From an uncultured archaeon (GTDB taxonomy: Archaea; Thermoproteota; Bathyarchaeia; Bathyarchaeales; Bathycorpusculaceae), in contig CAWALK010000012.1 of assembly GCA_963782915.1 (NCBI GenBank), positions 352,001 to 416,000 on the forward strand: a stretch of 64,000 bases of DNA, in the 5' to 3' direction. Position numbers and translations under genes: made by a program. Below the pieces are notes generated by a model. That model worked only from the letters and a program-made list of their open reading frames with translations. It ran no database searches and was not told the origin of the DNA. Numbering within the stretch: the first letter of the stretch is position 1; the number at the start of each line of letters is the position of its first letter. This document shows positions 9,774 through 24,403 of the stretch, piece by piece.

Positions 9774-11014
9774 GCTGGGTAACCTCTGAGGTCGGTGTTG
9801 TGGTGTTGTTTGCCGCTGTTGTTGTAGCCCTAGCCGCGGGTATTCTGCATTTCAGCAAAAACAGGACCCGCCGTGTAAGCAACCTCCGGCTCTTCATCCA
9901 AATCGCCGCCGTCTTCGCCATATTCATGGGCCTACTCATTGGACCCTTCAACCAACCCGACTGGCTACCCCTTGGGCCCTCGCCCCGCGACCACCTCTTA
10001 GGCGCCGACGCACTGAGCAACCAATTTCCCGACGGCATAACCTTCCCCGCCCTCGCATGCTACTACCCCAACGGCAGAACCGTAACCTGCGCCATATGGC
10101 AAATCCAAGCCTACATCTTCCCCTTCTGGAACTACTCCATGGGCTACGGCGTCTTCTACGCACTCACAGGGCTCGAAATGCTCGCAATAGTGTTTCTCTC
10201 ATTGATTTTTGCGTCGCTTTTGCTTGGGCGATCCTACTGCGGCTGGCTCTGCCCCTTCGGCCTATACATGGACCTGTTGACGCGGATACGGAAAGCCGCC
10301 GGAAAACGGCATTTGAGCTTCTCAGCCAAAACCAACAGCGCCCTAAACCAGTCCCGATTCATAATAATCGCCATATTCCTGGTTCTAAGCGTCATTTTCG
10401 GTTCCTACGCCATTTTCGGTACCCAACTGATTCCGGGAACCTCGCCGGGGATCGACGGTTTTGATGCGTTGCATGCGGGGATAGTGTCCAACATTAACGA
10501 GCCCTTCTGCCTCGTCTGCCCAGCCCGACCCCTGTGCATTCTGGCTGAATCCGCGGTGGGCGCAATGAATTGGTCTTATGTGTCGCAGATTGCTTATGGC
10601 CCCTTTTGGATTACCGGGTTTTATGTTACTTCGATTAATTTGGCGGTACTGATTGCAGTCACCATTGTAGGATTCGTATACAGGCGATTCTGGTGCCGCC
10701 TCTGCCCATTGGGCGCATTAACTGCGCTGTTTAGTACCTACCGCCCCTTCAGGTGGGTAGCGTTGACGAAGCTGGAGAAATCCGCCGAGAAATGCACAAA
10801 ATGCGGAGTCTGCAAACGCGTTTGCCCAACAGACGTAACCGAAGTATACGACCGCAAAGAAGGCGACGTAACCGCTTCCGGCTGCATCCTGTGTATGCGA
10901 TGCGTTGAAATGTGCCCGTATAAGGATGCATTGAAAGCCAAATTTGCGGGGGTTACGGTTATGGGTTCAAGGAATTGGCTTGAAAACAAACAAACCCCTG
11001 AAAAAGGAGATTAA
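9770..11014 (+). CDS. Membrane 4Fe-4S binding protein (NapH/MauN-like polyferredoxin)
   Basis: GRSYCGWLCPFG, RRFWCRLCPLG, two CxxCxxCxxxCP motifs. Confidence 0.9.
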   Translation: MSWVTSEVGVVVLFAAVVVALAAGILHFSKNRTRRVSNLRLFIQIAAVFAIFMGLLIGPFNQPDWLPLGPSPRDHLLGADALSNQFPDGITFPALACYYPNGRTVTCAIWQIQAYIFPFWNYSMGYGVFYALTGLEMLAIVFLSLIFASLLLGRSYCGWLCPFGLYMDLLTRIRKAAGKRHLSFSAKTNSALNQSRFIIIAIFLVLSVIFGSYAIFGTQLIPGTSPGIDGFDALHAGIVSNINEPFCLVCPARPLCILAESAVGAMNWSYVSQIAYGPFWITGFYVTSINLAVLIAVTIVGFVYRRFWCRLCPLGALTALFSTYRPFRWVALTKLEKSAEKCTKCGVCKRVCPTDVTEVYDRKEGDVTASGCILCMRCVEMCPYKDALKAKFAGVTVMGSRNWLENKQTPEKGD

Positions 11015-11020
11015 AAATAA

Positions 11021-11429
11021 CTATTTTAGTCCATGCTTAACAAAGAATGGACCATACTTCCTGTCTGTCCCTTGAATGTGGTTACCTACCCAGTCTTTGA
11101 GAAACGTTAGAATCTCGATGGATAAGACTGCTTGACCAGCTCTCAAATTTGGTCTTGAATTCAGCGACTTTCTTCACAAATGCTTCATGCTCGCCTTTGT
11201 GGTATACATATCCAGGGTAATTCCATTGTTGCATATATTTTTCTTCAGTAGCAAAATGCACCTGTGTATATGCTACAAGCCGTGTTAGCAAAGATTGGAG
11301 AATAGTGCTCCCTTTTCCTTGAGACATAGCAAAATGCCGGTCGTTTAGGTAACTGACTAGGTTTTTGTGCTGTGTATCGATTTCTGTGACTCCGACTGAG
11401 AAGGAATCATTCCATTGCATAAGTGGCAT
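11021..11429 (-). CDS. Bacteriohemerythrin (frameshift near 11140)
   Basis: WNDSFSVGVTEIDTQH, HFATEE, HKGEH, and in the next frame FLKDWVGNHIQGTD. Confidence 0.9.
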
Positions 11430-11549
11430 ATTATCACCGACGTAAAATTGTACAAAAAAATATTAAGGCTTGTGAATGCAGTCTCCTAATCTGAACTACC
11501 CAAAATTTCTTGCATTGTATAAAGGGTTAAAAACGATTAGCCCCAATAA

Positions 11550-12716
11550 ATGGTGGAGTTTATGAAAAAGCGGTTAATAGTAATCCTCTCCGTACTGCTT
11601 CTGGCTGTTTTAGTGGCAGTATTGCTGTTTACACATGCACCTGTTGACGATGGAAAAACCAATCCGCCTGTATATGTCGGCGTCGCTTTCGGCGGAAACA
11701 CCGTAGACGAAGCCAAAGCCATGATTGACCGCACAAAAAATTATACCAACCTCTTCATTTTCCAATCAGCCCCAATAACCAAGAATCAAACCGCAACCAC
11801 TGAAGTCTGCGACTACGCCGCCGCATCAGGGCTAAGCATAATCGTTTATTTCAACGATTTTATGCCAAGCGTGCTGGCGCAGAAGGATTTGACTTGGCGC
11901 ATATCATGGGTAAATGATGCAAAAAGTGTGTATGGCGAGCGTTTTTTGGGTATTTATTACTATGATGAACGGGGCGGGATCTATCTAGACGCCAACAAAA
12001 CTGCTACAGGCTGGCATTTACCTGCAAACGCAACCTACGATACCGCCGCCAACATGTTTGAGCAGGGCTTTTTACGCGACACTGGAACCATCGCTCTGAA
12101 GAATGCGAGTGTCCCAATTTTTTGCTCCGATTATGCCCTTTACTGGTTCGATTACCGCTCAGGCTATGACACTGTGCTAGCAGAAGTGGGGTGGAACAAT
12201 ACGCTCGCCCAAGAAATCGCTCTTGTCAGGGGTGCCGCCAATTTTCAGCAAAAAGACTGGGGAGTCATAATCACATGGAAGAATACCCAACCACCATATC
12301 TCGACAGCGGTGAGGCAATTTATGAGCAAATGCGCACGTCCTATGAAAAAGGCGCAAAATACATCACAATATTCAATTTCCCCTACAACGACACCGCTTA
12401 TGGCATCATGGGCAACGAGCATTTTGATGCACTCGAACGGCTCTGGAACGATATTAAACAGGGCAAAATAACCCAAAATCCCCCAGCTGATGCACTTTTG
12501 ATCCTGCCCAAAAACTACGGTTTTGGAATGCGCACCTCAGGGGATACCATTTGGGGATTCTGGGGACCCGACGAAAATGCCCCACTTATTTGGGATCGGG
12601 TACAATTATTGCTAAATAGGTATGGTTATTCCTTGGATATAGTATACGACGACTCTTCCTATGCAATTCCTAGTAACTACGAAACAGTGTATTACTGGAA
12701 TTCTACCCTATCCTGA
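11550..12716 (+). CDS. Uncharacterised secreted family, paralog 1
   Basis: N-terminal TM; YTNLF, FLGIYYYDE, SDYALYWFDY, WGVIITW..PPYL shared with 25504 and 35399. Confidence 0.85.
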   Translation: MVEFMKKRLIVILSVLLLAVLVAVLLFTHAPVDDGKTNPPVYVGVAFGGNTVDEAKAMIDRTKNYTNLFIFQSAPITKNQTATTEVCDYAAASGLSIIVYFNDFMPSVLAQKDLTWRISWVNDAKSVYGERFLGIYYYDERGGIYLDANKTATGWHLPANATYDTAANMFEQGFLRDTGTIALKNASVPIFCSDYALYWFDYRSGYDTVLAEVGWNNTLAQEIALVRGAANFQQKDWGVIITWKNTQPPYLDSGEAIYEQMRTSYEKGAKYITIFNFPYNDTAYGIMGNEHFDALERLWNDIKQGKITQNPPADALLILPKNYGFGMRTSGDTIWGFWGPDENAPLIWDRVQLLLNRYGYSLDIVYDDSSYAIPSNYETVYYWNSTLS

Positions 12717-12739
12717 GCAATAATTATACGGATTATTGT

Positions 12740-13637
12740 TTAATGGCGATTGTACTCTAACAATGCCTTCACAAATGTTTTGGCGCTATCCAAATTCCAC
12801 TGTTCAGGTGCATCTCCAAAGAGCATTTGTTGCCCATTTTGGCATTTGAAACCCTGAAACTCGGCTTTTTCCAGCCAATTTATGATGTTATCGAGGGTTG
12901 TTTGCCAATTAACCCCGAACCTGTCATTGGGGACATTGTATAGCAGGCATTCAACAAAATATGATGGGGCTGTATTGCTTGTTATTTTGCCCTGTTCTAT
13001 GAGCTTGTTTCTTATGTTTTTGAATACTCGAACAGTGGGATTATACCAACCGTTTGTTTGGTTCGCCAAATTTTTGATTTGTCCGTGAACGTAATGAAGC
13101 TTGGGGTAGCTGATTATCCAACGGTTTTCTCGGGGTGAAAAAAATTTTGTGCCTTGGGTGAATGATTGGTTGTTTTCGCCAAAAAAGCTCTTGTATTTTC
13201 TAAATTGTAAAGCGATTACGACATTCGCTGAGGTTTGGTCTTCTCCATTGTAGATGTTTACTGATTTATCGCAGCAGGTAAGGGTTGATGCGTCTAAAAG
13301 GCGGATTATGCTATGGATTACTTCGACCCAAAATCGGTCGTAAGCATATTTTGCGTCATTAGGGTAGGTATTATTGTATAATGTTGCTTGCTCTTGGTTT
13401 AATTGTTGGGTGTCTCCGAAAAATGATTGGTTTAACTGCACGACAATATCAACGTCGGCATTGGAACCGTTGGTGTTTGTGTCGTTTTGGTATGCGCCTT
13501 GCAGGTAGACTTCGAAGTCTTTGAATCGTAAGGTGGAGCTGGCTGCTAAAATTCGTCGGTAGGTTTCAATTGTCCTTTGGGCGGATGTGGGTTTCTCCTT
13601 GGCTAGACCAAGCGACCAGTTGTTGTTCTGTATGCAT
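12740..13637 (-). CDS. cGAS/DncV-like nucleotidyltransferase, CdnE-like (frameshift near 13590)
   Basis: MHTEQQLVAWSSQG...FEVYLQGAYQNDTN..ADVDIVV; IISYPKLH; VRVFKNIRN; APSYFVECLLYNVP; LFG..PEQW. Confidence 0.82.
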
Positions 13638-13932
13638 AGCGAGACATCAACTGACGAATAGTATTACCTAATATATATAATACGTAGGGGGCTGCAAAGG
13701 AGAACCATTGGATGAATATACTTCTGTATGGAGGAAAGCCTCTGTCCTCAACCTGACAATCTCCATCAAATTTTTTCATTGGCAGTGGGGATAAGCGTTA
13801 TTAGCGCGGGATTGCACGCTGACACACCGCAAACGTGCATTTGAAGCAAGCTATACTCAACAAACTTGTTTTTGCCCAGCGCATACTCAATGAATGACCG
13901 TTCCCTCAATGGGTTGGGTTGCACTTGTTATT

Positions 13933-13968
13933 CTAAATATAGGGGAGGGGGTAGCTGGCAGAGCACAA
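13933..13968 (-). repeat. Dispersed ~40-bp motif, copy 1
   Basis: rc TTGTGCTCTGCCAGCTACCCCCTCCCCTATATTTAG. Confidence 0.65.
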
Positions 13969-14151
13969 ATGCCATCTTTAAACGGCGTTGGTGTAGGTCT
14001 GTTGGCAAATAAGAGGAGCTCTGGCAGCAACAACTCATATAACCAAAACCAGACACCCAGTACCCAAAATTCTGACCTAAGCATGTCAACCGCATAGAGA
14101 AAATCACACAACCAACAAACGCCACTCTCACCTGTTTTCGTTGCACTATTA

Positions 14152-14192
14152 GCCTATAAATAGAGGGGGTAGGTCCAGCAAGAGCAAAAGAC
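14152..14192 (-). repeat. Dispersed motif copy 2 (left inner IR of 23S)
   Basis: GCCTATAAATAGAGGGGGTAGGTCCAGCAAGAGCAAAAGAC. Confidence 0.8.
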
Positions 14193-14910
14193 CTCTACTG
14201 CCCTTTGAGAGCATGCAAAAAACCCACAATCCGCAACACCAGCCGTCGCCCAGCAAAACACAACTCACCCGCGCAATCCACTGGTTATTTTTTGCGGGGG
14301 AAGCGATTATTTAGCCAAAAATACCCCTAAAAAAGCAGCGATGACATCCCAAAAAGCGTTTTTCCGTTATGCACTCCATGTACAACTAGTCTACAGGTGC
14401 AAACGCGCCCCCGCACCAAAAAGTAGCCAAAACCACTTTTTCAGCAGATTTTGCATGGGAAATCCATGGGAAACCCCAAAGTAAACACCTCTGGGCTAGG
14501 CTAAACATGCGTTTTTACTAGTCTCTGAAGCAGGCGATTGAAATACAATAAAAAAACCTGAAATGGACATAAAATATCCACCTTAAGCGGGTTCTAAGTG
14601 GAACAAAAAGTTACAGACTTGTCCTATATGGTGCGACAGGTTAATATGCGGGTTTTAAGACTTGATATTTTCCCTGTCAAACGGGGGCGACCTTCAAAGA
14701 ACTTGGGGGGCGTCGTATAGGAAGCAGTTGGTGCTCTAATAGGCGCCAACAATGGAACAAAAAAGTGAAATGAAAACACTTATATTGGTCCAATATGCTT
14801 CTTATGCAATCCCAGTAACATGGGTTACACAACAAGAAAAGATGCAGCTCCCCACCAGAACACGATGGGGGGTGAAGCGGTGAATAGGCGCTACTGGCGC
14901 TTAAAATGAC

Positions 14911-15006
14911 ACCATGCACAGGCCAAACATATACAACGACGCCAAATACACTAAAATTAAGAGACAATATGTGATTTCACTAAACGCCAAACAGACACTA
15001 CCATTG
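14911..15006 (+). other. 5' strand of 23S processing stem (BHB)
   Basis: ACCATGCACAGGCCAAACATA and CTAAA-CGCC-AAA-CAGACACTA pair with 18036-18122. Confidence 0.8.
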
Positions 15007-15014
15007 GCCCGTAA

Positions 15015-18030
<3,016 letters not shown>

Positions 18031-18035
18031 CGAGT

Positions 18036-18122
18036 CAATGTAGTGTCTGAGCGATATTTAGATGAGACGCATATTGTTTCGAAACGGTGTAGTAGTCGAA
18101 GTATGTTTGGCCTGTGCATGGT
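18036..18122 (+). other. 3' strand of 23S processing stem (BHB)
   Basis: TAGTGTCTG-AGCG-ATA-TTTAG ... TATGTTTGGCCTGTGCATGGT. Confidence 0.8.
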
Positions 18123-18263
18123 AACCGTCGTTGTTGTTTGGTTTTTGAGGAAACTTTGGAATGTTTCCTTTGTTCATTTTTGTTGAGTTATTTGTTTGGT
18201 AGTTGGTATTTGCTGTTTTGAGTGTAAGTTAGGTTTCTTTGTGGTAGACTTTCTGTTACAAGT

Positions 18264-18304
18264 GTCTTTTGCTTTAGCAGGCCTATCCCCCTCTATTTAT
18301 AGGC
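18264..18304 (+). repeat. Dispersed motif copy 3 (right inner IR of 23S)
   Basis: GTCTTTTGCTTTAGCAGGCCTATCCCCCTCTATTTATAGGC. Confidence 0.8.
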
Positions 18305-18380
18305 AAAAAGGCAATGTTGAAAATGGCGAGGTCTCTGTGGGCTGATCTCCCTTCCTTGTATAGAGCAATATTGAAGCAGC

Positions 18381-18420
18381 TTTTGTTGCTCTTGCATGAC
18401 CCCCCTCCCCTTATTTAAGC
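18381..18420 (+). repeat. Dispersed motif copy 4
   Basis: TTTTGTTGCTCTTGCATGACC-C-run-TCCCCTTATTTAAGC. Confidence 0.7.
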
Positions 18421-18748
18421 ACCGATTTTTGGTAAGCTAATGGCACAGTAAACGCCAATCCGAACCATCTCTGGAGGAAGAATTAGATCTTTTTAGGTTT
18501 CTACATAGTCCGCTATTCTTTCTCAAAAATCTTTTTTGGCATCCCATAAGTCAGGAGTTTTAGAAATTGCGGTTCCATTGATTACATTTAATAGGCGTGC
18601 GGTTCGTTATACACTCCATTCAATACAGTAGAGGAACTCTAAAACAAAAACGGGTTTTCTAGTAGAATTAATATGGCAATACCTAACCAGCCCATCACTG
18701 CCCCAATAAAGAAAATTTATGACTTAGAAAGAACTTAACCGCAGAGTA

Positions 18749-19102
18749 TTGGAGATGCGGGAAAGCTTTGGCAACCTCCCTGATACTGACGAGTTGGTTA
18801 ATACATTAATTCAGCTTACACAAAATACAACAACAGCTAAGGTGATTCTTGATAATATTAAGCAACCCTTTTGCCTAGAATGTCTCGCAGAGTCCAAGTT
18901 ATTCATTCCAATGAAATTAATCGCAGATTATGATGAGTTTTGTTGCCCAAAATGTGGAATAGCAATCCCAAAACCTAAAAACGAATGTAGCCCAACAGAA
19001 AACCCAGAACATACAAAACTAATGGAACTATTTTATAGCACAGAGAGCAAGACGCAATCCTATACAAAAATTGAACGTCTTCTTTTGGAATACAAAAAAT
19101 AA
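18749..19102 (+). CDS. Hypothetical zinc-ribbon protein
   Basis: FCLEC...CCPKCG. Confidence 0.6.
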   Translation: MEMRESFGNLPDTDELVNTLIQLTQNTTTAKVILDNIKQPFCLECLAESKLFIPMKLIADYDEFCCPKCGIAIPKPKNECSPTENPEHTKLMELFYSTESKTQSYTKIERLLLEYKK

Positions 19103-19179
19103 ACTTTTGCTATACGAGAAAGCTTGGGTATAAAATAGGTCGCACTGATTATATTCGCTAAGAAACGGAGTAGCATAGC

Positions 19180-19443
19180 TTACGGTTGACCCATAGATAT
19201 TCCTGCTTTGAGAAGGGTCTGAACCACTTCTTTTGCGGAATTTTTAGAGAGTATAACTGTTTTAAACTCGTCAGCACCCTTAGCACTCTCCACTGGAATA
19301 GAAATAGCACTGCCAACTTTACTTCCATCTAAAGTACACAATTCAAAGTAAAGATATTTGCTCGATTGGTTGGTTTCGACTTTTTTACAAGCATCAATTT
19401 GGAGAATTACCCAATCAGGAACTGATGACAGATGTTTCACCAA
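19180..19443 (-). CDS. Hypothetical protein
   Basis: 87-aa ORF with globular composition. Confidence 0.45.
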   Translation of the reverse strand: MVKHLSSVPDWVILQIDACKKVETNQSSKYLYFELCTLDGSKVGSAISIPVESAKGADEFKTVILSKNSAKEVVQTLLKAGISMGQP

Positions 19444-19580
19444 TTAACGGTTTATGTCCATTAAGGACTTAAATGCTTTATCAAACAGCTATTGTCCACA
19501 ACAACAGTAACTATCATGAGTTTTGTTCCACGCAAGAAGCCTCTAAAGGTTAATAAAACAAAAACCCGTAAAGCCCCAAT

Positions 19581-20370
19581 ATGCTTGACTCTCTGCTGCT
19601 CATCCGCCTCCTGCTCGCATTTGCAGTGGGCAGCATCTGGGTTGCAGCCATCACAGTCATCACCGAACGCAAAGGCACCACATGGGGCATTCTGGGCGGC
19701 TTGCCTTCCACGGCAGCTTTTTCGCTTGTTTTTCATTGGAATAAACCAGTCAGCAGCTGCAGCGGTTGATGCAACAGTGGTTTTGCCTTTGATTTTCTCG
19801 GTTAGCAATGCGTTTTTGCTTTTGTATGCTGTGTCGGCGCGGAAGGGGTTTGTGTTTGGGCTTTGTGTTTCTTTGCTGGTTTGGTTTGCGGTTTCTGCAG
19901 TGATTGTTTGGATTGGGTTTAGCGATTATGCGGTTTCATTAGTTGTGGGTGCAGTGATATCGGTTCTCACTTTTCTGGCATTTAGACGGCTTAAACTGCC
20001 TCGCTTCGAAGGCCAAGGCAAACTGTATGGCAAAAAAGAAATCCTCATCCGAGGCACGATCGCAGGCACTTTAGTCGCAACCTCAGTGTTGCTCAGCCAA
20101 ATCGGCGGACCAATCCTCGGAGGCATCGCAGCAGCATTCCCCGCCGTCTACACCTCAACCATAATAATCCTAAAACACAGCAAAGGCACCGAATATTCCC
20201 GTTCAATGACTAAACCCCTTGCCATCTCAGGCATCCTAACAGTCATAGCCTACAGCATAGCCGTGCATTTTCTGTACCCAACAGTGGGTGTATACTTGGG
20301 GACTCTGCTTGCTTATGTGGCTGTTACTCCTCTGGCAATCTTGTCCTATTATGCTGTAAAACATAGCTAA
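19581..20370 (+). CDS. DUF3147-like integral membrane protein (frameshift near 19730)
   Basis: ITERKGTTWGILGGLPST and GGPILGGIAAAFPAV internal duplicate motifs. Confidence 0.7.
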
Positions 20371-20383
20371 CATAGAAAACAAG

Positions 20384-20424
20384 TTTGTTGCTCTCAGAGT
20401 ACCTCCCCTCCCTTATTTATAGGC
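20384..20424 (+). repeat. Dispersed motif copy 5
   Basis: TTTGTTGCTCTCAGAGTACCTCCCCTCCCTTATTTATAGGC. Confidence 0.75.
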
Positions 20425-20767
20425 TGCACGTTTGAAGAGTACCGCAATTTGATCCGTTTGCGTTCATTGGGTTACGCTTGTTTGGCTGGGCGTTTGTTGG
20501 GTTTGGCTTGTTTTTTGTGTGCCTTTGCCGACGCTTTTTTACGGCTTAACAGTTTAGACTCTCTTTGGATTCCCTGTGTATTTTGGATATTGAGCCCAGG
20601 AATATGTCTGCAAAATAAGCGGTATAAGTTTGGAACCGCACGACCTCTTGGCTTTCTCCATAAGGTGAATGTGAAATGTTATTTTCTAAAAACTGCCGAT
20701 AACGCATCCCCTCTTGGGATAAAAGATTTTTACGTTAATTTCTTAAGCCTGAACTGCCGTTCATTCA

Positions 20768-23393
20768 ATGATTACAATGCCCCAACAACAGCCAGATTAC
20801 CAGCAACTATACAACTCCATGCTTACAGCCTTCGACGCCGTTAACCTCAACTATTTTGTAATGGAGATAGTTTGTGGTGAAAACGGACAGGCTGTTGATG
20901 GCATATATCGAGAGGTAACTCTGGGCACTGAACGATTACTTGGCAAAAGCAGGGAACAGTTGCTTGGAAAAAGCCGCAGACAACTGTTCGGGAATGTTTC
21001 TGACGAGTTTCTAATCAAGTTTAATACTGTTCTAAAAACGGGCCAGCCAGTTCGTTTTCAAGGTTCTGGTGCACTCCAGAAGTATTATGATGTTTACGCT
21101 TGGAAAGTCGCCGACAAACAAGTAGCGGCTATCATAGTAGACCTTACTGAGCACAAGAAAGTTGAAGAAGCCCAAAGATTAAGCGAGGAACGCTTCTCAA
21201 AAACCTTTAACGAGAGCCCAGTCGCAATTTCTATTTCTCGCATGTCTGATGGGCTACTTACCGATGTAAATGAAGCATACCTCCAGATTTTCGGTTTTAG
21301 CCGCCAAGAAATAATTGGACACACTTCAACTGAATTAGGAATATTTACTGAATCCAACGAGAGAGAAGAACTTGTACGTATTCTAAGAGAGAAAGGAAAA
21401 GTTCACTATTTAGAGGTGCCATTTAAAACAAAGACTGGAAAAATCATCGACACGATAACGTCCATTGATACCATTCATGTTGGTAACGAGGACTTTATGA
21501 TTTCAACTATTCTGGACATTACTGAGCACAAGAAAGCTGAAGAAGCAGTAACAAAGGCAAAGGAACAATATGACTTATTGTTTAACTCTGTCACAGAGGG
21601 CTTTGCACATTATAAGGCGGTCTGTGACGAGAACGGAAAGCTGAACGATATCTTGGTTTTGGATATTAATCCCGCGGGTGCCCTACAATCAGGAGTTAGC
21701 CGTGAGAGACAAATAGGTAAGACTTGGCGTCAGGTATGGACAGGTATACCTGATTCAGTTTTCGACATTTATAACTACATCAAGCAAACAAGGGCACCAT
21801 ACAAATTCGAACACTTCAGTCCGATTACAAATAGATGGTATATGATCAACGTAACTTTGATTGCGGAAGAGCAGATTTGCAGTGACATTTTTTGATATTA
21901 CAGAGCGTAAGAAAGCTGAAGAAGGACTCCATAAAAGTGAGGAAAAATATAGGCTTTTGGTCGAAAGCTCTAACAGCATAATAATGACAGCTGATAAGGA
22001 CTTAAATATCACATACATGAATGATTTTGGGCTATCATTTTTCGGGTACACTTCTGATGAGCTCTTAGGTAAAAAAGCAATTGGAACCACAATCCCCCTC
22101 AACTCTTCAGAAATGGCGAAAGACATCGTCCGAAATCCCCAAAAGTACAGCACGAATACCCACCAGAATATGAAGAAGGACGGAACGCTTGTCTGGGTTT
22201 CATGGACAAACCGGGTTTTATATGACCCAGAAGGAAATTTTCTAGAGATTTTAGCCATAGGCAATGACATAAGTAATCTAAAAAAAGCCGAGGAAAAGCT
22301 GCTTGAAACCCAGATTTGGGAAACAACCTCGCGATATACCAGAAACCTAATTGAAGCAAGTCTTGATCCCCTAGTCACTATCAATCTCGAGGGCAAAATT
22401 ACAGATGTCAACAAAGCAACCGAAGAAGCCACAGGATGTTCTAGAGAGGAACTGATTGGCAGCGATTTCTCAAATTACTTCACCGAACCCGAAAAGGCAA
22501 GGAGTGGGTACCAAAAAGTTTTCGCAAACGGTCTTGTTAAAGATTACCCTTTAACCATCCGTCACAAATCTGGAAAAGTAACATACGTACTCTACAACGC
22601 TTCAATCTATAAGGATGAGAACGGTGCAGTCAAAGGCGTTTTTGCAGCGGCCAGAGACATAACCAAACGCAAGCAAGCTGAGGAAAAGGAACAAGAAAGT
22701 GCAAGAAAACTAAAAGATTCTGAACGATTAGCGGCCATCGGTACAACAGCTGGCATGGTTGGGCATGACATTCGTAACCCACTGCAGGCTATAACTGGCG
22801 ATTTGTATTTGGCTAAAACAGAATTAGCCGAAACTCCCGAAACCCCCGAAAAGAAACATACCTTGGAGAGTATGGAGGAAATTGAGAAAAACGTTGATTA
22901 CATTAACAAGATTGTGCAGGACCTGCAAGACTACGCTAGACCTCTTAATCCTAAAGCGGAAGAAACCGACTTGAACTTAATCTTCGAAAGACTATTTGTA
23001 AAGAATCGGCCCGTAGATATTAAAGTAGAAATTGAAGTGGCTCAGGATGCAAGGAAAATCGCGACCGATTCATACTACTTGAACCGTATCTTGTACAATT
23101 TGGTTAATAATTCCATTCAAGCTATGCCTAATGGCGGCAAACTAACTATACAAGCCTACAGAGAAGCAAACGATACAGTCATAACCGTCAAGGACACTGG
23201 CGTTGGCATTCCAAAGGACATTCAAGGCAAAATGTTTACGCCTATGTTTACTACGAAATCTAAGGGGCAGGGTTTTGGGTTGCCTGTGGTTAAGCGTATG
23301 ACTGAATCTTTGGGGGGCACGGTATGTTTTGAGAGTGAGGCGGGTAAAGGTACAGTGTTTACTGTTCGTTTGCCTTCTCAAAAAATATCGTAG
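20768..23393 (+). CDS. Multi-PAS sensor histidine kinase (frameshift near 21875)
   Basis: Repeated DITE(H/R)KKAE PAS ends; H-box GHDIRNPL; DTGVG, FTTK, GQGFGL. Confidence 0.92.
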
Positions 23394-23478
23394 AAAGTTA
23401 CCTCTTTATTCTATCAAACAAGGTCCGAGGATAGACGGAAAAATTTTTCTGCACTCAAAGCTGATTACACCTTGAGGA

Positions 23479-24403
23479 TTGCTGTTGACAAAGTTTCTCG
23501 TAGGTGCAGGCGGTTGGGCTTACTTCCAAGTTCCCAACAAGCCACCGCTAAAAGCCTACTCTGAAGTCTTCAATTTTGTGGAGGTTAACAGCACCTTCTA
23601 TGAATACCCAAACCAGCGCACAGTTGAGGGCTGGAGGCGGACGTGTGCCTGCTGACTTTACTTTTTCTGTCCGATGCCATCAGGACCTCACCCACCGCAT
23701 TGGGCTTAAGCCAGTGGATGAAGCTTACGAAGTCTTCTACAAGATGAAAGCTTACTGCGATGCTTTGGACGGCTCCGTTTTTGGTGCTGGAGACGCCTGC
23801 TAGCCAAGTCCTCGACGCCAAAGGCATTGCGGAGGCTCATGATTTCTTCTCCTCAATATCAGTAGGCGGTTTGAGGCTGGTTTGGGAATACCGCGCACCC
23901 TTCACACCCGAAATCGGCAGCCTCATGCAGGATTTTGGCATAATACAAAGCGTTGACCTATCCATACAGAAACCAAGCGTAGACGTCAGATGTGGTTTAT
24001 TCACGCGTTTTCGGCAAAGGCAAACACAACCTCTACCAATTCACCGACGAAGAACTCATCGAAATAGAACAAAACGCCCAAAACCCCAGCGGTAAAGATG
24101 GTTGCGGTTTCTTTTCACGGCGCAAGAATGTACAACGACGCCGCCCGATCCCAAGTACATATGCGTACAGGCAAATTCCTGCCAGTAACCAACTATTTTG
24201 GCGTCGACTCCGCAAAAGCGGTACTAGCCGAAGATGCCAGATTCCCCACAAACAAAGCCCAACTCGTAGCTGACCAAGGCTGGAAAGTCATCGATTTAAC
24301 CCAAGACAAACGTGTACACCTAGCCGACGTGCTGGGGAAGCTTCCAGAAAAGACTTATCGCAGCATCAACGATGTGGCTGTTGAGTTGAAGGCGGTACTA
24401 TGA
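23479..24403 (+). CDS. Divergent DUF72 protein with C-terminal extension (several frameshifts)
   Basis: FLVGAGGWAYF, VEVNSTFYEYP, VPADFTFSV, YSRVFGKG; tail ARFPTNKAQL...LPEKTYRSINDV. Confidence 0.7.
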
